Below are positions 1-8,813 of a stretch of DNA of 64,000 bases, piece by piece. Origin of the DNA: Sedimentisphaerales bacterium (GTDB taxonomy: Bacteria; Planctomycetota; Phycisphaerae; Sedimentisphaerales; SM23-30); the NCBI GenBank assembly GCA_963663965.2, contig CAXXFK010000024.1, positions 1 to 64,000 of the forward strand, in the 5' to 3' direction. The notes beneath the pieces were generated by a model, which ran no database searches, was not told the DNA's origin, and saw only the letters and a program-made list of their open reading frames with translations. Position 1 is the stretch's first letter. Every line of letters begins with the position of its first letter. The position numbers and the translations under genes were made by a program.

Positions 1-418
1 ATGTTTGATATTTGATTCATCATAAGCCACTTTACCGGTCAATCGGACCTCTGCTTCCACAAATTTTCGCTCTACGGCAACTGTTTCTATATCCATTAAT
101 GCCAGCGATTCTGGAGTAAAGGAATGGTTTCTTTACTGGCAGTCGCCCCGGTATCGCTCAGTGGAATCAGATCCATAAAACAAAGGGGCACTTACCCGGT
201 CCGTTTTTCCTGACCGTTGGATGCATGGAACAGGTCCAGATCTGTTCCGAGTCGGTCTTGCTGGATGAATCCGAGTGGATCGCTTCCGCCGGTTTCATCA
301 ACCGGGAATGGATGCCGAATCCAAGTGCGAATGCAGCTCCCACGATCAGGACCAGTCCCAACTGAGCCAGGCCAGAGAGATGCCCTTTATTGTTGCAGTG
401 TCGTATTGGCTTTTTCAT
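1..418 (-). CDS. CusB/CzcB-type efflux RND periplasmic adaptor, N-terminal part (runs off window; apparent frameshifts)
   Basis: ATG at 418 (MKKPIRH...), a TM segment, and heavy-metal-binding motif WTCSMHP...PGKCP. After frameshifts the sequence continues MDLIP...VERKFVEAEVRLTGKVAYDE, typical of CusB-like adaptors. Confidence 0.75.
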
Positions 419-435
419 TGGTATCACTCGTCGGT

Positions 436-1708
436 TCAAATTGAGTGGCAGTAAGAACTCCAGTTCGGCCAGCTTCTGGCAGTAATTAGCCTGCGCCCGT
501 TCGCTGTCCAGGCCATACTTCAATAACATGCGTTCAGCGTCGATTAACGCCAGAAAATCAACCGTACCGGCTTTATAGGCATTTTCTGATGCCTCGTTCA
601 ACTGCCTGGCCTGCGGAATTAATGCATCTTTATATAAATCAATTTTTCGCTGATTATCTTCAATATCATAGACCAATTCCAGACAACGGGCCACTTGCTC
701 ATTCTCCCGTTCCATCCGCCGGTAGCGAGTTTGGCTTTCCCGCGCGGATGCCTGCCTCTGGATCGCACGGTTCTTTGACGGCCATATCGGTAAATTAATC
801 GACAGCATAGCAATTAAGGGATCTTTGCCATTGTCATCTATGCCACGCATATCTGATTTATCTGTCTGGATCCATTCCAACTCAAGCGTAATATCAGGAT
901 AAGAACGCTTTTGGGCTATTTCTAATTGCTTACGTGCGGCCAGAATTTCAAAATCCATTCCTGCCAGTTCCGGGTTATTCAGCTTAATTTGATCAATTAA
1001 CCTATCCGGGACAATGCCGCAAAGCTGACAGGTTCCTTTTCCGGCCAGGGTAGTTCAAGTTCCATCGGCCGGCTCAATTCCGCATTCAACTGCCCAATTA
1101 ACGGACGCCTCATTTCCTCTAAGCTCTTGACAACCTCTTCCATCCGAGCCAGTTCGATTTGCGCCCGAATGATATCCGGATGGGTCGCCGTCATCGTTCG
1201 ATAACGCAAGCGGCTACCTGCTCAAATCGACCTATTAATTGAATGTTTTCTTTGGCCAGATCATAAGCCGTTTTTAAATAGACATATTCGTAATAAAGCT
1301 TTTTGATACGAAATTGCAATCCCAACCGTGACTGCTTGAAACGCTGTTCTGCCGCTTTGGCTTGTGCGGTTGCAGCGTCTCGTCGGTTCTCCAATACCCC
1401 AAACCACGGAAATGACTGAACCAACCCTAGTTTTTGTCGTTGAGGACCGACTCGTGTCTCAACTTCATTGATAAAATAACTATAGGTAAACTTTGGATCA
1501 TCCAATGACCCGGCCAGAGGAATCTGCTCCAACGCTACCTTCCAGATTCAAAAGCAGCCTTTAGCTCATTACTGTTAGCTTCAGCATAAGATAAATATTC
1601 TGACAATTTTGTAATGCCTGATTGATTTCTTACATCAGCGCCGACGACATGTTGATTCATATGCAAAACTATCATAAGGAATAGCAAATAATATCTTTTG
1701 AGAACCAT
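436..1708 (-). CDS. TolC-family outer-membrane efflux protein (split across several frames; 3' end approximate)
   Basis: ORF fragments 1191-1532, 997-1209 and 958-~436 carry TolC/CusC-like motifs (LDDPKF, QSFPWFG, SINLPIW, AYKAGTVDFLALIDAER). Hydrophobic N-terminus from ATG 1708. Confidence 0.75.
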
Positions 1709-2003
1709 AATTATAATTCCTTTATATTCATAGCGTTACATATATCGCCCTTTTGTATAATTATGCTTAAAAATAAAACACTTTATATGATCTTTTAAAA
1801 CTTTTTGATTCTATCTATTACAATTAATTATAGGACAGTGTTTACTATTTTCTTCTCAATATATATTAACAATCCGATTCTGCAATATATCTCTATCCAA
1901 ACAGAGAAACATCCATCGATTAAATACGAACACAAAGACCATACAGATCATAACTAACTGAAATTAAAACAGATAAATTTTGTCTTTCCATAAAAATTCC
2001 CTA

Positions 2004-2032
2004 TTGACCCTGCTCCATTTCCCCCTTATAAT
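2004..2032 (+). promoter_or_regulatory. sigma70-type promoter of tRNA-Leu
   Basis: TTGACC (2004-2009), 17-nt spacer, TATAAT (2027-2032), about 30 nt upstream of the tRNA. Confidence 0.7.
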
Positions 2033-2060
2033 TCCTCTTCTTAAAAAGTTCATTCAGCCA

Positions 2061-2142
2061 GCCGAAGTGGCGAATGGCAGACGCGAAGGATTCAAAATCC
2101 TTTCCAGGCAACTGGGTGAGGGTTCAAGTCCCTCCTTCGGCA
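2061..2142 (+). tRNA. tRNA-Leu (CAA)
   Basis: Acceptor stem GCCGAAG/CTTCGGC with discriminator A, anticodon arm AAGGA-TTCAAAA-TCCTT (CAA at 2093-2095), long variable arm, T-arm GAGGG-TTCAAGT-CCCTC. No encoded CCA. Confidence 0.95.
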
Positions 2143-2184
2143 GTAACCGTAAGTCAATGTTATCACAACAACTTACGGTTTTTT
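2083..2184 (+). repeat. att site, left copy of 102-bp direct repeat
   Basis: Identical to 8508-8609. Covers the 3' 60 nt of tRNA-Leu plus the downstream hairpin. Confidence 0.95.
2145..2184 (+). terminator. Intrinsic terminator-like hairpin after tRNA-Leu (duplicated at 8570-8609)
   Basis: AACCGTAAGT...ACTTACGGTT inverted repeat followed by a T run. Confidence 0.6.
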
Positions 2185-3489
2185 ACTACCTATACTGTTA
2201 ATAGGCATATTGTCAACGAAATGTCCATTTTTGTCCGTTTTTGCCCCCCCAAAAGGCAAGCTACGGGGCACAACTTTTTCAGCCATTTCCGAACCCGCCA
2301 CTTCACAGGTTCCGGTTGCCCGTTGCTTTTCCTGAAAATCCCCAAAATCCGGCAGCCGGTTAATGGCGTTTCGCTCATGTTCAACTTTATGATCCGTGTA
2401 AATCTCCATCGTTGTCCGAATATCGGCATGACGCAATATCGCCTGTGCATCGTGCGGGTGTACCCCGGATTCCTTCAGCATCTGGGCCGTACTATGTCGC
2501 AATGAATGAAACACCACCTTACCCGCTCCCGTGTCTTGGGTTTCGATCCCAGCCGCTTCACAGTCCTCTTTCAGCATATCAGCCACCCGCGCCAGTTTGG
2601 GTATATTAAACGCCTTGACATGGGTTAGCTTATTCTTGAAATGCTCACCCAGCAAAGCCGCCGTATCTTCACGCAACGGAATAAGTGCCTGGCGTTTATT
2701 CTTGGTATTCTGGCATTTCACCGCCACAACCAGCTTTTTCAAATCGAAATCCCGTATCTCAAGACTGTAAAGCTCTTTCGCCGGAGTCCGCTTTCCAGTG
2801 CCAGCTTATATAATAACGCCCTTTCCGCTCCCGTCATATCATGCCGGAATGGTTGCCCTTCGGTCGCCTGCAACAATACCGCCGATTCCTCAACGCTCAA
2901 ATCACGCCACTTTACCTTAACATGACGGGACACATCGATTTTCTCAATCGCCGCCATCGGATCCTGGGTCGCCTTGCAGTGCGCACCATCCAGCGCGTAA
3001 ATTGTCCAACGGCCTGCCGGAAATATGACTTGCTTTTCAGGGACAGCATTTTGTCCGCGATATAATTGGATATCCGTTCGCCGTTCACATCCGACCAGAA
3101 AACCATATTGCATCCCTTAAAACCGATTTGATCCGGTTGCGTTGGGTACGGATATGGATTTCCGATTTTCCGCTGTTACGCAATGACTTTTCAAACGCCT
3201 CCACCATCACCGTCAGCGTTTCGCCCCCGGCTATCACCTGAATGGATATCAATCCCGCCGCGGCCAGTTTAGACTTGAGTTGTTTCGGACACCGTTCCAA
3301 TGCCGCCGACAGTTCCGGGCCGGGCAGTTCCCGCCTGATCTGACAGGCAAGTAATGCTTCGATCATATCGCTATATCCTTGAGCGATTTTCTTGCTGGCA
3401 GTTTGCAGGGGCCAGCGATACCGCCGCCCGTCCGGGGTTCTAACATCGATCCGCCATGATTCCGAACCGGTTAATTTATATAAACGCAT
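2173..3489 (-). CDS. Tyrosine recombinase/integrase (split over several frames)
   Basis: Fragments 3085-3489, 2739-3113 and 2173-2742 give ESGLR, HSLRH and LRHADIRTTMEIY catalytic motifs. The stop codon lies inside the att repeat. Confidence 0.9.
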
Positions 3490-3506
3490 AATTCACCTTG
3501 AATAAC

Positions 3507-3631
3507 AAAAAAAGCCCATCGCGTCTCGACAGGGCCGAAGCCCCCGCAATGGGCTTTAAATTTATTCCAGATTGTGATGGTCGAGTACATCATCATAAAT
3601 ACAGTATAACTCCTGAATCCAATTATGTCAA
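3507..3631 (-). promoter_or_regulatory. Integrase promoter plus structured leader/attenuator
   Basis: Minus strand: TTGACA (3631-3626), 17 nt, TATACT (3608-3603). Then a small hairpin and a long stem with a cUUCGg-capped inner helix and U-tract ending ~17 nt before the integrase ATG. Confidence 0.7.
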
Positions 3632-3670
3632 TCTCAATGAGTAATATTATATATTATTCCTCTACATAAT

Positions 3671-4036
3671 CTACTTATTTCCTTTTTCCAGCAGTTCCAC
3701 GCGCTCGACCAGATCGGCCATTTCGTTCTGATCCAGATGGATTTTAATCAAGTCAATCGCCGCCTGCCGTCGCAACCGGTCATCGGTATTCGTCTGATCA
3801 TCCAGCAGGTTCACCAGCACATTCACTGCCCGCGTCAAGGCTGTGCGCACCGATTCAAACGCCTCATCGCTAAGTTGTTTCCGACGCGCTTCATAGTACG
3901 CCTTAAACGTCGGATAATTCAGCCACGAATACCATTGTGTCCGGGCAACCTTTGCCCGTCGTAACGCTTCGGCAATAGTCGGGCCTGCCAATACTTCCGC
4001 AATCGCCTTTTGCTGCCGTCCGCTCAATTCCGTCAT
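3671..4036 (-). CDS. HTH protein resembling phBC6A51-type / terminase small subunit-like proteins
   Basis: LSGRQQKAIAEVL...TIAEALRRAKVARTQWYSWL N-terminal HTH, followed by helical RAVNVLVNLL...RRQAAIDLI...LVERVELLE. Confidence 0.55.
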   Translation of the reverse strand: MTELSGRQQKAIAEVLAGPTIAEALRRAKVARTQWYSWLNYPTFKAYYEARRKQLSDEAFESVRTALTRAVNVLVNLLDDQTNTDDRLRRQAAIDLIKIHLDQNEMADLVERVELLEKGNK

Positions 4037-4392
4037 GCTTGCACCTCCTCACTATAGTTAACATCAATCACCGGTGATGATAGACGTTGTTCGATAAGCA
4101 ACGCATTAATATCAATCGGCTTACGCTCCGCGCTCAACTTGCGGACAACGGCTTCAAGTCTGGGTGATATCCAGATCGTAACTGCGCCGTTCGTTTTTAA
4201 TTCGTCCTGCAATCGGTAGGATTCCCACCGTTCAGCGGGTTCATCCGCTTCCGGCCAGAACGCCGCCAATTCACTTTCCGGCTCTTGATATTTTTGGGAT
4301 ATGTTGATATACAATAGAATCTTTTGGGGATTCTTGCTATCTTCAATTGTTTCCAGTTTTTTTAATCGTGTTTCAATTTGATTTCGTTTCAT
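4033..4392 (-). CDS. Hypothetical protein of the element
   Basis: 119-aa ORF with ATGA overlap to the next gene. N-terminal IETRLKKLE coiled-coil. Confidence 0.65.
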   Translation of the reverse strand: MKRNQIETRLKKLETIEDSKNPQKILLYINISQKYQEPESELAAFWPEADEPAERWESYRLQDELKTNGAVTIWISPRLEAVVRKLSAERKPIDINALLIEQRLSSPVIDVNYSEEVQA

Positions 4393-4529
4393 AGGTAGGT
4401 TCCTTTTGAAAATATGTTCGGATTTGTTCGTATTTGTACAATATGCCTTTGCTTAGACATTGTCTTGACTCCAATTAATAAACCACCCAACCAAAGGGAC
4501 TGGCACCGTACTAGATACCAAAATACCCC

Positions 4530-4672
4530 TGTTTCTTTGGATTCTTTGGCAAATTCTTCAAAGAAACCCCGGTATCTTTGGAAATGCTTCAAAGAAGCCC
4601 AAAGTACCGGTTTTGTCATTTTCAAAGAATATGGGGTTTGGAGGCAAAATTCTTCAAAGATTCCAAAGAATA
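4530..4672. repeat. Cluster of CAAAGA/TCTTTG iterons (candidate replication origin)
   Basis: Five CAAAGA and three TCTTTG copies. TTCTTTGGATTCTTTG (4533-4548) is a 15/16 inverted repeat of CAAAGATTCCAAAGAA (4655-4670). Lies just downstream of the helicase. Confidence 0.55.
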
Positions 4673-4699
4673 GGCCCCATGATGTATATAGGGTTTTCA

Positions 4700-5917
4700 T
4701 TACAACCCTCCTGTCTGAACAAGAGGCAATTCCCATATCCATCGTCCCTGAAAGCCATCTTTTTTAGAAATAACACCCAGGTTACGCCTTGCGCCATCCA
4801 GTGAATTCTTGCTGATACCCAACTCTTTGGCGGATGTCTGAATATCGCTCGACGGTTTCGGACCGCCTGCCAGTTCAGTCTCTAAAAATTCAATCGCCTC
4901 CGACCGGGCCGCCGATGGTTCGTGCTTTTCTTTGCCGAAATAATCGCCTGCCTCACCGCCCAACGGTTCCAGCCATTCAATTCCGGATGTTTCCACCCCG
5001 CCGCTGACCACTGCCGATTCAATCCGATAACGTAATCCGGTATCCCGATTCAAGCCGATATTCGACTTCACCGGCAAAAACAGATTGCCATTGCCTTCCG
5101 GGTCTTTGATGGTCAGATAAGCCACCCGCGCCAGTGCGGTAAACGCCAGCGAACCGGTAACCGCATAGAGGGGATTACTGAACCGTGACTTATTTAAATG
5201 GGATACCAATAGCACGCTCACACTGTAATCCTCTGCCAGCTTGGATAACGGGGCCAGTGCCGCCCGAACCTCACTGTTATTGTGTGAATCGCATTCACCC
5301 AGAAAACTCGAAATGGGATCAACAATCAACAAACGAACACCGGGAATGTCATTCAAGGCCTTTTTGAGCAGATAAAGCCCTGACACCAGATCGAAGCCGG
5401 ATTCTTTATCGCCCGCCTTGACGGTTTCAAAGATATGGACCCGGTCCAATACACCGTCAGCCGCCATTAAACGCGGGACAATGGTATCCTCTGCGCTATC
5501 CTCAGCCGAAAACAGCAATACCTCACCGGGTAACACCGGACCGCCATTGGACAACGGCCAGACTTTACCATTTGAAACTATCGCCGCTATCGACGCGGTA
5601 ACAGTGGATTTTCCCGTCCCCGGATCACCGGCCAGCAGGGTAATCTTCCCTTCAGCCAATATATGAGGCCACAGCCAGCGCACCGGTTGAACAGTTATTT
5701 TAGAAGCCGTTTTAAAGACCAGTTCAGGAGATACGCCCTTCCGGTCGCCCGACACCCCGTTTGTTGATCCAGAGGCATCCTCGGGCGTTTTTTTAGTATC
5801 CGGCTTCCATACTGGCGTTTCGTCAGCCAGCCGTTTCAAAACGAGTTTTAAATCAACATTGGGATTGCGTTCGACAAAATCGACTATATCGGATTTATTG
5901 AAATTAGACTGCGCCAT
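4700..5917 (-). CDS. AAA-family (RepA/AAA_25-like) helicase with C-terminal winged-helix-like region
   Basis: PVRWLWP, Walker A GDPGTGKS, SAED, Walker B LLIVDP, SHLNK, GSLAF motifs. Confidence 0.85.
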   Translation of the reverse strand: MAQSNFNKSDIVDFVERNPNVDLKLVLKRLADETPVWKPDTKKTPEDASGSTNGVSGDRKGVSPELVFKTASKITVQPVRWLWPHILAEGKITLLAGDPGTGKSTVTASIAAIVSNGKVWPLSNGGPVLPGEVLLFSAEDSAEDTIVPRLMAADGVLDRVHIFETVKAGDKESGFDLVSGLYLLKKALNDIPGVRLLIVDPISSFLGECDSHNNSEVRAALAPLSKLAEDYSVSVLLVSHLNKSRFSNPLYAVTGSLAFTALARVAYLTIKDPEGNGNLFLPVKSNIGLNRDTGLRYRIESAVVSGGVETSGIEWLEPLGGEAGDYFGKEKHEPSAARSEAIEFLETELAGGPKPSSDIQTSAKELGISKNSLDGARRNLGVISKKDGFQGRWIWELPLVQTGGL

Positions 5918-6713
5918 TGATCACCCCACTTATCCAATCGACGGATACGATTTTTATCGATGCAGCAACGCCGGATAGTGCTTGCGCTACTGCTTTAGCA
6001 TGAACCACTCCGGGTTCGTCGTAATCGGCCAGTACAATCACATTCAAACCACGAAACAACCGATTAAACTGTATGGGCCAGCTTTCAGGCTTTTTTATTG
6101 CTCCACCGCGATTGCTAACCGCCAGTAATCCGGCATCAGTGAGAACACTGCAACAAGGTTCGCCCTCTGCGATATAACAGGTATCGCCCGACTCTGCCGC
6201 GCCCAGCCGATCAAGATTGTAAAGCAAGTCATCCGTATGAAGTCCAGACCGCCAGCCGCCATTCCATTTTGTAAAAACAGGGCATTCTTTCGCGCCGTTG
6301 ATCTTCTGTGTTCGGCCAACGACAAAAAGAACGCGTGAATCCTCATTAGTATACTCAAACCATTTTTTCATCGGCTTGCCATTCCAGCTTATAGGAAGTT
6401 CATCCCACACCTTAACGGGTTTATCTGGTATAGGTTTTCTTTGCTTTGGGACAGTCCTTGCCGCCAGTTCAACCGTCCTGCCTGATAATTTCATCAAGTC
6501 AAAAATGTCGGCTCCCCTTTTGCAAACATGGCAATAAATTCGATTGTGATTGTCGTCACAATGTATGCTTGCTGACGGATTATGGTCGTCATGTTCCGGG
6601 AATGGACACAAGCATTTGTTTCCGCGTGGATTCAGATTCAGGGCTTCGATCTCACGAATGAAGGCTTGACGGTCGCCCTTAAGCTGATTTAAATCAAAAT
6701 TTCTTCTTACCAT
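5904..6713 (-). CDS. DNA primase (CHC2-type zinc finger plus TOPRIM)
   Basis: CPFPEHDDHNPS...YCHVC zinc finger. IAEGE and ADYDEPG TOPRIM motifs. Start placed at ATG 6713 behind GGAGG. Confidence 0.85.
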   Translation of the reverse strand: MVRRNFDLNQLKGDRQAFIREIEALNLNPRGNKCLCPFPEHDDHNPSASIHCDDNHNRIYCHVCKRGADIFDLMKLSGRTVELAARTVPKQRKPIPDKPVKVWDELPISWNGKPMKKWFEYTNEDSRVLFVVGRTQKINGAKECPVFTKWNGGWRSGLHTDDLLYNLDRLGAAESGDTCYIAEGEPCCSVLTDAGLLAVSNRGGAIKKPESWPIQFNRLFRGLNVIVLADYDEPGVVHAKAVAQALSGVAASIKIVSVDWISGVINGAV

Positions 6714-6961
6714 GTTCGCGGCCTCCGATCTTGAATCAGTCCATAAAGACTTTCCAATCGAATCAGGACCAGCCGCAATCCATGAATCAGAAAAGCGATT
6801 ATGGCAATCGCAAGCAATAGCAGACTGGATAAAATCCCGGGGCATAATCTAATAAATGTTTGAAACGCTACTGCCAAACCGGTAAAATGATGTTTGAATA
6901 TTTCGCGCGACCCGATTTTTGCCCTGGCATCACCCGCCGGGGCTTTTTTAATAGTGTTCAT
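6707..6961 (-). CDS. Small membrane protein of the element
   Basis: 84 aa from ATG 6961, overlapping both neighbours. One strong TM helix (ILSSLLLLAIAIIAFLI). Confidence 0.5.
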   Translation of the reverse strand: MNTIKKAPAGDARAKIGSREIFKHHFTGLAVAFQTFIRLCPGILSSLLLLAIAIIAFLIHGLRLVLIRLESLYGLIQDRRPRTW

Positions 6962-7188
6962 CTTATCACCGCCTTTCGCGAGTTCACAACCGCCCACCGG
7001 TCTTGGGATGGACAACCCGCCGCAACCCACGCCCGAAGCTCGTCTCTCGACCAGACCAGCCGCCTCCCAAAACGGATTGGCTTTGGTAATCGGCCACTAT
7101 TTTTCATTTCATATAACAGTGAACGGCTCACGCCCAGGGTTCGCGCTACCTGTGTGGCTGACAATAGAAGTCCAAAATCTTTACTCAT
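6958..7188 (-). CDS. AlpA-family HTH regulator/excisionase
   Basis: LLSATQVARTLGVSRSLLYEM...GRLPKPIRFGRRLVWSRDELRAWVAAGCP. Confidence 0.85.
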   Translation of the reverse strand: MSKDFGLLLSATQVARTLGVSRSLLYEMKNSGRLPKPIRFGRRLVWSRDELRAWVAAGCPSQDRWAVVNSRKAVIR

Positions 7189-7430
7189 CGTTCGACCCTG
7201 CCTTCCAGGAGACGGTAAATCTTTTCCCACTTCGCCCGTGGTGGCATCCCCGCTTCAATCCAGGCCAGCAATTCACTTTGGCGATACCGAGCCGAACGCC
7301 CAATATGAAGTTTTTCCGGTCCCCATAGACCTCGTTGGGCCAGTTCATAAACCGTGGCCCTATTAATGCCGCATATCCCCGCCGCATCTCTGACCGTCAA
7401 CAATTTTTCTGATAGCTTTGTGTGACTCAT
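7185..7430 (-). CDS. AlpA-family HTH regulator/excisionase, second paralogue
   Basis: LLTVRDAAGICGINRATVYEL...IGRSARYRQSELLAWIEAGMPPR. GGAG upstream of ATG 7430. Confidence 0.85.
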   Translation of the reverse strand: MSHTKLSEKLLTVRDAAGICGINRATVYELAQRGLWGPEKLHIGRSARYRQSELLAWIEAGMPPRAKWEKIYRLLEGRVER

Positions 7431-7539
7431 CGCACGATACTCCGTTAATTTTTCGGCTCCGATCTGGCCGCGTCCATTGCGGTCAATCATCGTAGCTTAC
7501 GAACGAAGTATGGCTAATAAAATCGTTTTCCCAAAATAG

Positions 7540-7621
7540 ATGGTGAAGCTAAGCCGAAAATGATACAAGCTAAGCTCAATATTAATACAATATGGTGAAG
7601 TTAAGGCGAAAATGATACAAG
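7540..7621. repeat. 30-bp direct repeat (2 copies, 28/30 identical), candidate operators
   Basis: ATGGTGAAGCTAAGCCGAAAATGATACAAG (7540-7569) and ATGGTGAAGTTAAGGCGAAAATGATACAAG (7592-7621). Confidence 0.75.
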
Positions 7622-7624
7622 TGG

Positions 7625-8230
7625 TTATTTTTTAAAACACCGTTTACATTCTGACCGACTAACATATTTGAGGGCTGTTTTTTTGTCACCAAACTTCCAA
7701 GACCGGAGTGAGCCATCCTTGATTTTCCTTAATATAGTTGACCGACTTGGTTTGAAATCAATCATGGCCTGCTTGATTGTTATCAAATCAGAAACGACTT
7801 TAAAAGTCGAGTCATTCAAATAGTCTCCCACCTGATTAATCGCCCATTGATTCAATTTGTCATCATTGATGAGTTCAGCAAAATCTCCATATCCAAGCTG
7901 TTTGATCAGTACTTCAGCATCGGGCCCAGCTTCACGAGCGGTAATAATCCCGCAAATAAACAATGCAATCAGAGTTGTATCGTTGCTGTCGAGTTGACTA
8001 TAAGTTTGATACGCGTTTTCCGTCGCTCTATGCAATAGGTGCATTATAAACATGGCTGGACCTTCAATTCTATTATCCCCAGATTCCGTTGATTCAATAT
8101 CGTAATATTCGGTAACACCTCGCTCGATCACACAAAAATCTTCCCAAGCTAATTCCAATCCCTGCCGAAACTTTTCGCGCTGCTCACTACTTCGACACCA
8201 ACCGTTGATTACTGATCCAAATGTATTCAT
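7625..8230 (-). CDS. Hypothetical protein with C-terminal excisionase-like HTH
   Basis: C-terminal LITIKQAMIDFKPSRSTILRKIKDGSL. GAGG before ATG 8230. Confidence 0.6.
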   Translation of the reverse strand: MNTFGSVINGWCRSSEQREKFRQGLELAWEDFCVIERGVTEYYDIESTESGDNRIEGPAMFIMHLLHRATENAYQTYSQLDSNDTTLIALFICGIITAREAGPDAEVLIKQLGYGDFAELINDDKLNQWAINQVGDYLNDSTFKVVSDLITIKQAMIDFKPSRSTILRKIKDGSLRSWKFGDKKTALKYVSRSECKRCFKK

Positions 8231-8316
8231 TATGTGTACCTCATCGGGCCGCTCCGGGCCAGTTTGCCGGTACACAAAGGCAAACCAACCCGGAAACGCC
8301 GTTGATAGCTACTCAA

Positions 8317-8472
8317 CTACCCGGAATTTTTCATTGTTTCAATGATTCCAATAATAGCCTTTTTTTGACCGTTTGACAAGTTCGGCCATGCCTCCAAAAG
8401 TGTCCGTAAATGTGTATCAGATAACACCGAAAAGGCAAGCTCCGGGGCATAAGCCATTTCTTTATTTTTCAT
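8317..8472 (-). CDS. Small att-adjacent hypothetical protein (L..LLEAWPNL motif)
   Basis: 51-aa ORF from ATG 8472, DTHLRTLLEAWPNLSNGQKKAIIGII. Confidence 0.45.
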   Translation of the reverse strand: MKNKEMAYAPELAFSVLSDTHLRTLLEAWPNLSNGQKKAIIGIIETMKNSG

Positions 8473-8507
8473 AACTTCTTTACTATCAATTCCTTCCGTT
8501 GACATCG

Positions 8508-8609
8508 GCGAAGGATTCAAAATCCTTTCCAGGCAACTGGGTGAGGGTTCAAGTCCCTCCTTCGGCAGTAACCGTAAGTCAATGTTATCACAACAACTTA
8601 CGGTTTTTT
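8508..8609 (+). repeat. att site, right copy of 102-bp direct repeat (truncated tRNA-Leu)
   Basis: Identical to 2083-2184. Confidence 0.95.
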
Positions 8610-8813
8610 TGTCAATTTCAATTTTAATATGGATGTTTAATACGATTTGAATTTTTAGCCCTGAAACGATCATCAGCAGGTTAATTCCCGCGATCCGAAT
8701 AGAACATTTTAAGTCCCGAATCATTCAATAGTTCAAATGATCCATCCTCGATCTGCCAGTTGCTCGTTTGTTTCTTATATGAAGATTCAACCAGGCAATT
8801 CATATGCTTTACA

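Larger units (their letters stand above)
2083..8609. mobile_element. tRNA-Leu-integrated phage-satellite-like (PICI/PICMI-like) element, ~6.5 kb
   Basis: 102-bp direct repeats, tyrosine integrase, primase, AAA helicase, two AlpA-like genes and a TerS-like HTH. No capsid, tail or conjugation genes. Confidence 0.85.

Noticed and set aside
167..958. Apparent TolC-CusB fusion ORF
   Set aside because: The region has many single-base frameshifts, and CusB has its own ATG (418) and TM anchor. The fusion is most simply an indel artefact.
2173..3489. Programmed frameshifting or true pseudogenisation of the integrase
   Set aside because: Indels are dense in the first ~3.5 kb, including in unrelated efflux genes, and the att repeats and catalytic motifs are intact. 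Sequencing error is more likely, but read data are needed.
4389..4767. Two overlapping 117-aa ORFs on opposite strands
   Set aside because: They span the iteron array and have no recognisable motifs. A non-coding origin is the simpler reading, though the minus-strand one cannot be excluded.
8473..8724. N-terminal extension of ORF 8317-8724
   Set aside because: It is the antisense reading of the tRNA/att repeat and crosses the element boundary.
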